From an uncultured Solirubrobacterales bacterium (GTDB taxonomy: Bacteria > Actinomycetota > Thermoleophilia > Solirubrobacterales > 70-9), in assembly GCA_963697915.1 (NCBI GenBank), contig OY969103.1, forward strand, positions 727,839-791,838: a stretch of 64,000 nucleotides of DNA. The letters run 5' to 3'. A program made the translations under genes and the position numbers. Numbering within the stretch: position 1 is the first letter of the stretch; every line of letters starts with the position of its first letter. Below are positions 57,332 through 64,000 of the stretch, piece after piece. The notes under the pieces are model-generated. The model searched no databases. It was not told the origin of the DNA and saw only the letters and a list, made by a program, of their open reading frames with translations.

Positions 57332-58528
57332 ATGATCGAGGTCGACGCCCAGTCGTTCTTCGTGATCGTCGTCGTCGCGGCTCTGGCGGCGGTCACGGTC
57401 GCCGCCCTACCCGCCCGCCTCGCACCGCCGGTCGTGGTGGTCGAGCTGCTGTTCGGGATCCTCGCCGGCCCCGAAGTCTTCGGCCTCGCCAAGTCCGACG
57501 ACTTCATCGCCTTCTTCTCCAACCTCGGCCTCGGGATGCTCTTCTTCTTCGCCGGCTACGAGATCGACTTCGAGCGGATCAAGGGCCTGCCGCTGAAGCT
57601 CGGCGCACTTGGCTGGCTGCTCTCGATCGCGCTCGCCTACGGGATCGGCGGGGCGCTGGCGGCGGCCGGGGTGGTCGTCTCCTTCCTCTTCACCGGCTCG
57701 GCGATGGCAACGACGGCGATCGGCACGCTGATCCCGATCCTGCGCGACAGCGGCGCGCTGAAGACCCGCTTCGGCACCTTCCTGCTGGCCGCCGGCGCGA
57801 TCGGCGAGTTCGGCCCGATCCTGCTGGTCACGCTCGTGCTCTCGACCAAACAACCCCTGCACGAGGCGGCGATCCTGATCGCCTTCGTCGTCCTGGCCCT
57901 GGTCCTGGCGATGACCTCGGTGCGCCTCGCCTGGCGCGGCTGGCCGGCGCTCGAGCGCACCTTCGAGGCGAGCAGCCAGCTCGCCGTGCGGATCACCGTC
58001 GTGCTCGTCTTCGGCCTCGTCCTGCTCGCCAACGAGCTCGGGCTCGACGTCCTGCTCGGCGGTTTCGTCGCCGGGATGATCGTGCGGCTGGCGCTGAAGG
58101 GGCGCGAGCTGGCCGTCTTCGAGTCGAAGCTGACCGCGGTCGGCTTCGGCTTCTTCATCCCCTTCTTCTTCATCACCAGCGGGATCGAGTTCGACCTCGC
58201 CGCGCTCGGCTCGGTCGAAGCCCTGCTCAAGCTGGTGATGTTCTTCGGCCTCTTCCTGGTCGTGCGCGGGACGCCGGCGCTGCTGCTCTACCGAGGCGCG
58301 CTGGCGGCGCGCGAGCGCGCCTCCCTCGCCTTCTTCTCGGCGACCGAGCTGCCGCTGGTCGTCGCGATCACGACCCTGGCGGTCGAAGGGGGCCACATGA
58401 AGACCTCGACCGCGGCCGGACTGGTCGGCGCGGCGATGCTCTCCACCCTGATCTTCCCCTTCGCCGGCCTCGCCCTCCAGCGCCGCGCGGCCGCGGAGGG
58501 CGAAACCGGCCCGCCCTTGGGGCGTTAA
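57332..58528 (+). CDS. Cation:proton antiporter (CPA2/Kef-like)
   Basis: 398 aa with about 11-12 TM helices. PPVVVELLFGILAGPEV and FFFFAGYEIDF are typical Na_H_Exchanger motifs. Confidence 0.85.
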   Translation: MIEVDAQSFFVIVVVAALAAVTVAALPARLAPPVVVVELLFGILAGPEVFGLAKSDDFIAFFSNLGLGMLFFFAGYEIDFERIKGLPLKLGALGWLLSIALAYGIGGALAAAGVVVSFLFTGSAMATTAIGTLIPILRDSGALKTRFGTFLLAAGAIGEFGPILLVTLVLSTKQPLHEAAILIAFVVLALVLAMTSVRLAWRGWPALERTFEASSQLAVRITVVLVFGLVLLANELGLDVLLGGFVAGMIVRLALKGRELAVFESKLTAVGFGFFIPFFFITSGIEFDLAALGSVEALLKLVMFFGLFLVVRGTPALLLYRGALAARERASLAFFSATELPLVVAITTLAVEGGHMKTSTAAGLVGAAMLSTLIFPFAGLALQRRAAAEGETGPPLGR

Positions 58529-59589
58529 CGCCGGATCAGAACCCGGCTCTTCTGGACCGTGGCGCGCGCTTTGCCGGAGCGCACCTTCTCACGCACCAGC
58601 AGCCGCCTGCGCTTCTTGACCCTGTCGAGCTGCTTGGGCCGGACCCGCAGGGCGACCTGGCGGCCCCTGCCCTTGCCGACCTTGACGGTGCGCTTCGCCG
58701 TCGCCGGCTTGCGCCGGCTCAGCAGGCCCTGCGCGGTGATACTGCAGGCGCGGCCGACCTTCGCCGGACAGCTCACCTTGACGAACAGGCGATTGCCCCT
58801 GAGCACGGCCGACCCAGCCGGTTGCGAACGGAAGAGGGCGAGCAGTCGTGAGCTGTCGACGTTGCTGCTTGTGCCGGTCCGGCTGCTCGAACGGGAGTCG
58901 TCACCACCGGGGCCGCCGGGGCCGTTGGGATTGGCGGGGCCGTCGGTACCGGCGCCTTCGGTGAGGCGTACGTTGTCGAAGCGGAGGCTGCCGCCGCCGC
59001 TGAGCAACGCCACTTTCGCCGTAGAGGCCACCTCGGTGACGACCCGGATCGCGTACGTGTGCCCCGCCTTGACGTTGACCACGGCGTCTTTGCCGGCGAA
59101 GGACTCGGCCCCCTCGCCGAGCGTCTCCTCGAGAACGATCGCTTCACCACCAGCACTCCTGTCCACCAGTGAGACCGAGTAGTCGCCGGCCGGTTCCAGG
59201 GCGAGAAGCCCTTCGGGATCGAACTGGCGATCCAGGTGCAGCGTCGCCGACCCGCCTTTGGCGACCGCGAAGTCGGGTGACTCGAAGACGGCGCTCGCTT
59301 TGAACCCGGTCAGCAGGTTGACCACCACGCTCACGTTGAGAGCGAGCGAGCCGGGCGGGTTGCCCTGGTCGGGCGCGTATCCGCCGCTGGCGCTGCACAG
59401 CAGGCCGATCTCGACCGTACCGAGCAACTCGCATTTCTCTTCCTGGACCCCCCAACCCTGGGCGCCACCGGTGAACGTTCCCTGACCCGCCGGGTGGACC
59501 GCGCCCGGCGCCGCCGCCGTGAACAGCCATAGCGAGGCGAGCAGCACCCCAGTCGACACCCATACTCCCTGCGCTCTTGCGGATCGCAT
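58525..59589 (-). CDS. Secreted protein with beta-sandwich-like N-domain and basic Cys-pair C-terminal module
   Basis: Signal peptide GVLLASLWLFTAAAPGAV. A central Gly/Pro/Ser linker is followed by a C-terminal about 110 aa that resemble the C-terminus of the 24991-26784 protein (see findings). Confidence 0.7.
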   Translation of the reverse strand: MRSARAQGVWVSTGVLLASLWLFTAAAPGAVHPAGQGTFTGGAQGWGVQEEKCELLGTVEIGLLCSASGGYAPDQGNPPGSLALNVSVVVNLLTGFKASAVFESPDFAVAKGGSATLHLDRQFDPEGLLALEPAGDYSVSLVDRSAGGEAIVLEETLGEGAESFAGKDAVVNVKAGHTYAIRVVTEVASTAKVALLSGGGSLRFDNVRLTEGAGTDGPANPNGPGGPGGDDSRSSSRTGTSSNVDSSRLLALFRSQPAGSAVLRGNRLFVKVSCPAKVGRACSITAQGLLSRRKPATAKRTVKVGKGRGRQVALRVRPKQLDRVKKRRRLLVREKVRSGKARATVQKSRVLIRR

Positions 59590-59778
59590 CTTTCGACTCC
59601 TCTTGAGTTGGTTGGTTGCTGCACTGCGAATCTCGCTGCGAGTGTTTCTGGCCTACTTAAAAATGTCTATAGACGCCACCGAATTTTGGACAGATGTTCT
59701 GATCCACCTGCGGACAAGGACCGGCTCCCGCGCCCTCCGCCTTCAGCCCAGGCGCGTAGTATCCGAGCCCCACCCCAG

Positions 59779-59850
59779 GGGCGCGTAGCTCAGTGGGAGA
59801 GCGCTCGCCTCACACGCGAGAGGTCGCTGGTTCGAACCCAGCCGCGCCCA
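59779..59850 (+). tRNA. tRNA-Val (anticodon CAC)
   Basis: Hand-folded cloverleaf: acceptor GGGCGCG/CGCGCCC, D arm GCTC-AGTGGGA-GAGC, anticodon arm CTCGC-CTCACAC-GCGAG, variable AGGTC, T arm GCTGG-TTCGAAC-CCAGC, discriminator A. CCA is not encoded. Confidence 0.92.
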
Positions 59851-59872
59851 TCCAGTCCTGCTCGACCCCAGC

Positions 59873-60655
59873 TCAGCGATCGGTGGGAATCGCTGCCTCG
59901 CCTTCCTGTTTGATCAGAACGTCGAGGACGTCGTCGGGCAGCCAGACCCGGTGCGGGTAATCGGTGCCCCACGAGTTGAGGACCGGCACAGCCCCGAGCT
60001 TGTCCGCCTGCTCGTTGCCGAGCACAGCGTGGATCTCGTCGACCGACTGGGCCCAACGGAAGGCTGTGATCCCCGCTTCCAGATCCGGCTGATAGCCGGC
60101 GCGCCCGGTGTAGTCGTCGTCGGCGTGGTCCTCGCTCCAGAGCACGTGTCCGAGCGCGGCGAGCACCTCACCGCCGGCACGAACCGAGGTGCCGTTGTTG
60201 TCGCCGGGGTTGGTTTCGTCCCACTGGTCGCGCTCCTTGCCGCGATCCCAGAGCCACCTGGCCGTGTACACCGGTTCCCGGTTGAGGATCGACATGCACC
60301 GCGACCAGCCGAAGCCGACACAGGCACCTTCCGAACCCTGGTCGTAGAAGGCGTGCCACTCGTCGCGATCGCTCAGCCCATCACCGGGCTCGAGGCAGAC
60401 GCAGTGGCCGGCGCGGATCCGGGTCAGCGAGCTGGCGCCGCCGGGCGCGATGAAGTACTCGCCCGAACCGCCATCCTGGGTGGGGGCATCCATCTCGACA
60501 TACCAGTTGACGCCGATCACCACTGGCACCTGCGTCGGGCGCTCTTCCACCGGCAAAGCCGCCAGCGGGTACGTCTCGACGTGGCGCCAGTCGTCGGGGA
60601 TGAAGCGTCCGAGCCGCGGGTCGTCAGGGTCACGATCGATGGGTCGGTAGCGCAA
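59873..60655 (-). CDS. Papain-like (C1-type) cysteine peptidase, no signal peptide
   Basis: TTG start preceded by GGAGGAGG. DQGSEGACVGFGW (Gln-Cys block), EIHAVLG (His) and VLNSWGTDYP (Asn-Ser-Trp-Gly) occur in papain order. Confidence 0.65.
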   Translation of the reverse strand: MRYRPIDRDPDDPRLGRFIPDDWRHVETYPLAALPVEERPTQVPVVIGVNWYVEMDAPTQDGGSGEYFIAPGGASSLTRIRAGHCVCLEPGDGLSDRDEWHAFYDQGSEGACVGFGWSRCMSILNREPVYTARWLWDRGKERDQWDETNPGDNNGTSVRAGGEVLAALGHVLWSEDHADDDYTGRAGYQPDLEAGITAFRWAQSVDEIHAVLGNEQADKLGAVPVLNSWGTDYPHRVWLPDDVLDVLIKQEGEAAIPTDR

Positions 60656-60727
60656 CGCGAGCCTCCTCCTGGATAGCTTGACCTTGGTTGGTCGACAATA
60701 GTCGGCAGTTCTCTCAAATTCAAAGAA

Positions 60728-60749
60728 ACCTGCTTAATAAACAGCAGGT
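60728..60749 (-). terminator. Intrinsic terminator after the VOC gene
   Basis: The minus strand reads ACCTGCT-GTTTATTA-AGCAGGT followed by TTCTTTGAATTT (T-rich). Confidence 0.6.
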
Positions 60750-60791
60750 CACCTTGGGCCCGGACCTGGCCGAGCCGGATTAGGCCGACGC

Positions 60792-61172
60792 CTAGTCCTG
60801 CGCCAGCACGGCGAGGATGTTCCCCGCCGGGTCCTTGAACCAGGCGATCTCGGGGCCGTTGCCGCGGGAGATGCCTTTCTCGTCCTGGTCGAACTCGTCG
60901 TAGCGCTCGAAGCCGACGCCGCGCGAGGCGAGGCCGTCGACCGTGGCCTCGACGTCGTCGACCTGGAAGTTGAGAATCGTGTAGGTGGCGGGGACGTGGT
61001 CGGCTTTGAGGTAGACGAGGACCTGGCGGTCGCCGCCGAGGCCAAGCTCGAGCAGGCCGTTCTCCTCGTCGAGGACGGAGACCTTCAGGCCGAGGGTCTC
61101 GGCGTAGAAGCGGCGGGCCGCGTCGAGGTCGTCGACGGCGAAGCCGCTGAAGGTCGTAGCGTCGCCCAGCAC
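60792..61172 (-). CDS. VOC (glyoxalase/bleomycin-resistance) family protein
   Basis: 126 aa. [21 protein letters not shown]... and the paired beta-alpha-beta-beta-beta layout, with C-terminal [12 protein letters not shown], are typical. Confidence 0.82.
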   Translation of the reverse strand: MLGDATTFSGFAVDDLDAARRFYAETLGLKVSVLDEENGLLELGLGGDRQVLVYLKADHVPATYTILNFQVDDVEATVDGLASRGVGFERYDEFDQDEKGISRGNGPEIAWFKDPAGNILAVLAQD

Positions 61173-61181
61173 GGTCCCCGA

Positions 61182-61562
61182 CTACCCGGTGAGCTCGGGG
61201 ATGAACCGCTCGAGGTGGGCGGCGATCGTGCGGCGCACCCACTCCTGGGTCGCGGGATCGGCCATCCGGTAGCGGCCGAGCAGCATCTTCTGGTCGTCGA
61301 GCGGCAGGCCGGCGACCTCCCAGCTGACCGCGAGGCGCTCGAAGAGCAGCTCGGAGCGGCGGCGCCAGGCGTCGTCCTGGGAGGTCGCCGCGCTCGCCGG
61401 GCCCTCGGTCAGCTTCGCGATCGTGCCGGCGCTCAACTCCTGCCGCAGGGTGAGGACGTTGCCCTCGGCATCGCGATAGTCGACGGTCGGCGACTTGGGC
61501 CGGGCCCGCCTCTTCTGCTTGCGCTTCGCCATCCGCTCCGAGTCTGCCAGGCCGGCGCTCAT
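61182..61562 (-). CDS. Hypothetical 126-aa protein, translationally coupled to arfB
   Basis: The start ATG overlaps the arfB stop (ATGA). Basic N-terminus MAKRKQKRRARPK. I recognise no family. Confidence 0.55.
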   Translation of the reverse strand: MSAGLADSERMAKRKQKRRARPKSPTVDYRDAEGNVLTLRQELSAGTIAKLTEGPASAATSQDDAWRRRSELLFERLAVSWEVAGLPLDDQKMLLGRYRMADPATQEWVRRTIAAHLERFIPELTG

Positions 61563-61978
61563 TCCTCCTCGGCGCGCGGCGGGCGACGACCGCGCTTGCG
61601 CTCGCCCTGCCGCCGCTTCCCCTCGAGCCGGCGCCGCCGGGAGCCGGCGGTCGGCCTGGTCGGCCGCCGCTCGCGGGGCACGGCGAGGCCGGCGGCGATC
61701 TTCTCCGCCAGGCGCGAGAGCGCGAGCTCGCGGTTGCGCGCCTGGCTGCGCGCCTCCTGGGCCACCGCGGTGACGAGCGGCCCAAGGCGCTGCAGTAGGC
61801 GCGCCCGCTGCCGCTCGTCGAGGGCCCCGGAGGCCGCGACGTCGAAGACCGCTTCCACCCGCGAGGCGGTGACGTTGGCGTGCTGGCCGCCCGGGCCGGA
61901 CGACCGGCTGGCGCGCAGCTCGATCTCCGCCAACGGGATCGAGAGCCGCGAATCGATCCTCAGGAAGCTCACCGCCAC
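61559..61978 (-). CDS. arfB: Alternative ribosome-rescue factor ArfB (class I release-factor-like peptidyl-tRNA hydrolase)
   Basis: 139 aa. RSSGPGGQHANVTASRVE has the GGQ motif and there is a long basic C-terminal tail (RRRRLEGKRRQGERKRGRR). Confidence 0.88.
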   Translation of the reverse strand: MAVSFLRIDSRLSIPLAEIELRASRSSGPGGQHANVTASRVEAVFDVAASGALDERQRARLLQRLGPLVTAVAQEARSQARNRELALSRLAEKIAAGLAVPRERRPTRPTAGSRRRRLEGKRRQGERKRGRRPPRAEEE

Positions 61979-62000
61979 CCCTCCAAGGTAGCCCCCCCGC

Positions 62001-62279
62001 TCAGGCCAGCGCGTCGATCTTCGCCGCCAGCTCGAAGTCTGCGGCGGTCACGCCGCCCTCGGAGTGGGTCGAGAGCGAGACCGTCACCGTGTCCCAGGAG
62101 ATCTCCAGGTCAGGGTGGTGGTTCATCGCCTCGGCCGGCTCAACCAGGCTCTGGATGAAGTTCACCGAGCCGACGAAGTCACCGCGCTCGAAGCTCTTGC
62201 GGATCGAAGTGCCGCTGCGCTCCCAGCCGGGGTGCTCGGCCAACCTCGCGTCGATTTCGGAATCGCCCAGGCGCGCCAC
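62001..62279 (-). CDS. Pterin-4-alpha-carbinolamine dehydratase
   Basis: Trimmed to GTG 62279 (VARLGDSEIDARLAEHPGWE). The motif AEAMNHHPDLEISWDTVTVSLSTH is typical for PCD/DCoH. Confidence 0.8.
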   Translation of the reverse strand: MARLGDSEIDARLAEHPGWERSGTSIRKSFERGDFVGSVNFIQSLVEPAEAMNHHPDLEISWDTVTVSLSTHSEGGVTAADFELAAKIDALA

Positions 62280-62301
62280 ACACCCAATGCTGCCACAGAC
62301 C

Positions 62302-63102
62302 TCAGCCGCCGATCGGCGCTCTCGGATTTGCACCGTAGAAGATGATGGTGGTGAGCATGCCGATGATGTGGACGAAGATGATGTTGACGGCCATCGATCT
62401 CGCCGTCGCCGTCCCAACCCCGACCGGCCCACCGGACGCGGTGTAGCCGTAGTAGCAGCCGACGAGCACGATCACGGTCGCCATCAGCATGCCCTTGGTG
62501 AGGCTGAAAATCACGTCCAAGGCATCCTGGAACGTCCAGAAGATCAATAAGTAGCCGCCCGAGGAGACGTCGCCGATCTGCTCGACCACGGCGATGTAGC
62601 TGGCGAAGTAGCCGACTCCGATCCCGACCAGGTAGACGAAGGGGAGCGCCATCCAGGCGCCCAGCAGGCGGGTCGCGGCAAGGAAGGTGACCGGTGGGAT
62701 GCCCATCACCTCGAGCGCGTCGATCTCGTCGGAGATCCGCATCGCGCCGAGCTCGGCGACGATCCCGGTCCCGACCTTGGCCGAGAGGATGTAGCCGAAG
62801 GCGTAGGGCAGGCCCTCGCGCAGGTCGCAGTAGGCGGAGAAGAGGCCGGCCAGGCTCGGCGCGCCCAGACCGCGGTTGAAGTAGGCGCCGATCAGGCCGC
62901 AGTTGAGGCCGAGGATGAAGACGAAGACCCAGATGATCAGCGCCGAGCCGAGGAGCAGGATGCCGGCCTGGCGCAGGCTCTCGCCGAAGAAGCGGAGGAC
63001 GCGGCCCGAGTAGACGAGCCCGGCGACGCGCGAGCCGAAGCGGGCGACCTCGCCGAAGGAGTCAAGAAAGCCGCGCACCCCATCGAGCCACCCGATCCCC
63101 AT
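62302..63102 (-). CDS. MlaE/YrbE-family ABC permease, copy 2
   Basis: 266 aa. GAMRISDEIDALEVMGI is the conserved MlaE block. About nine in ten residues are identical to copy 1 by my hand alignment. Confidence 0.88.
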   Translation of the reverse strand: MGIGWLDGVRGFLDSFGEVARFGSRVAGLVYSGRVLRFFGESLRQAGILLLGSALIIWVFVFILGLNCGLIGAYFNRGLGAPSLAGLFSAYCDLREGLPYAFGYILSAKVGTGIVAELGAMRISDEIDALEVMGIPPVTFLAATRLLGAWMALPFVYLVGIGVGYFASYIAVVEQIGDVSSGGYLLIFWTFQDALDVIFSLTKGMLMATVIVLVGCYYGYTASGGPVGVGTATARSMAVNIIFVHIIGMLTTIIFYGANPRAPIGG

Positions 63103-63190
63103 CGGGTGAGTCTTACGCCCCGCTATACCTGAGTAAAGCTAAACGTTTCGGTATTAATGATCAGCCAAAAACCGCAGGCTGACGCCAGGC

Positions 63191-63988
63191 CTAGCCGCCG
63201 ATCGGCGCTCTTGGGTTGGCCCCGTAGAAGATCAGCGTGGTGAGCATGCCGATGATGTGGACGAAGATGATGTTGACGGCCATCGATTTCGCCGTCGCCG
63301 TGCCCACCCCGACCGGCCCACCGGACGCGGTGTAGCCGTAGTAGCAGCCGACGAGCACGATCACGGTCGCCATCAGCATGCCCTTGGTGAGGCTGAAAAT
63401 CACGTCCAAGGCATCCTGGAACGTCCAGAAGATAAGTAAGTAGCCTCCTGAGGAGACATCTCCAATCTGGTCGACGACGGCGATGTAGCTGGCTACGTAG
63501 ACGATCCCGACACCGACCAGGTAGACGAAGGGGAGCGCCATCCAGGCGCCCAGCAGACGGGTCGCGGCGAGGAAGGTGACCGGTGGGATGCCCATCACCT
63601 CGAGCGCGTCGATCTCGTCGGAGATCCGCATCGCGCCGAGCTCGGCGACGATCCCGGTCCCGACCTTGGCCGAGAGGATGTAGCCGAAGGCGTAGGGCAG
63701 GCCCTCGCGCAGGTCGCAGTAGGCGGCGAAGAGGCCGGCCAGGCTCGGCGCTCCCTGGGCGCGCACGAAGTAGGCGCCGATCAGGCCGCAGTTGAGGCCG
63801 AGCAGGAAGACGAAGACCCAGATGATCAGGGCCGAGCCGAGGATCAGGATGCCGGCCTGGCGCAGGCTCTCGCCGAAGAAGCGGAAGACGCGGCCCGAGT
63901 AGACGAGGCCGGCGACGCGCGAGCTGAAGCGGGAGACCTCGCCGAAGGCGTCGAGCCAGCCGCGCGGGACGTCGAGCCAACCCGTCAT
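63191..63988 (-). CDS. MlaE/YrbE-family ABC permease, copy 1
   Basis: 265 aa with the same motifs as copy 2. The start ATG is 12 nt from the window edge, so upstream context is unseen. Confidence 0.88.
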   Translation of the reverse strand: MTGWLDVPRGWLDAFGEVSRFSSRVAGLVYSGRVFRFFGESLRQAGILILGSALIIWVFVFLLGLNCGLIGAYFVRAQGAPSLAGLFAAYCDLREGLPYAFGYILSAKVGTGIVAELGAMRISDEIDALEVMGIPPVTFLAATRLLGAWMALPFVYLVGVGIVYVASYIAVVDQIGDVSSGGYLLIFWTFQDALDVIFSLTKGMLMATVIVLVGCYYGYTASGGPVGVGTATAKSMAVNIIFVHIIGMLTTLIFYGANPRAPIGG

Positions 63989-64000
63989 GACGACAACTCC

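Noticed and set aside
59779-61172. Calling the tRNA-Val-adjacent stretch a bona fide genomic island or prophage remnant.
   Set aside because: No integrase, no phage genes and no direct repeat of the tRNA 3' end were found within the window, and composition is only mildly shifted. It is kept as a finding, not as a mobile_element feature.

Overview
Densely coding, very GC-rich segment (roughly 70 percent by eye, not computed). It looks like an Actinomycetota chromosome: the order asd-ask ... recR-ybaB-dnaX mirrors the mycobacterial arrangement. Finer taxonomy cannot be determined from this window. I call about 60 protein genes, one tRNA-Val(CAC) and one long, Bacillus-type SRP RNA. I saw no rRNA, CRISPR array, transposase or integrase.

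Housekeeping content: metG (5' part, missing from the ORF track because it runs off the left edge), rsmI, a ROK glucokinase, an LCP protein, glyQS, hsp20-lon, mdh, icd, sdhA-sdhB plus a CCG-domain subunit (anchor-less, type E-like succinate:quinone oxidoreductase), asd-ask, recR/ybaB/dnaX and arfB.

Lipid-related content: an acyl-CoA synthetase, an R2lox-like di-metal oxidase fused to SCP2, a TetR-MMPL-amidase operon, a fatty acid hydroxylase, a PucR-type regulator next to an acyl-CoA desaturase, and two MlaE permeases.

Most of the very long ORFs in the supplied track are antisense or shadow ORFs, or 5' over-extensions of these genes.

Items most worth a second look:
- A lower-GC, translationally coupled two-gene module of unknown function upstream of ask (44429-45012).
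- A lower-GC single-gene DUF3800 island splitting an acyl-CoA synthetase / R2lox-SCP2 pair (12036-13112).
- An operon of a degenerate GGDEF protein (I-site kept), a MerR regulator with a B12-binding-like domain, and a GNAT (45087-47278).
- A nested perfect palindrome sitting in frame inside a membrane-protein gene (53436-53532).
- A 22-nt exact dispersed hairpin element found right after two stop codons (19467-19517 and 36047-36095).
- A GMC oxidoreductase wedged into the conserved dnaX-ybaB-recR operon.
- A near-identical tandem pair of MlaE permeases with no mce genes downstream.

All functional calls rest on my own reading of motifs in the translations. No database search was run.
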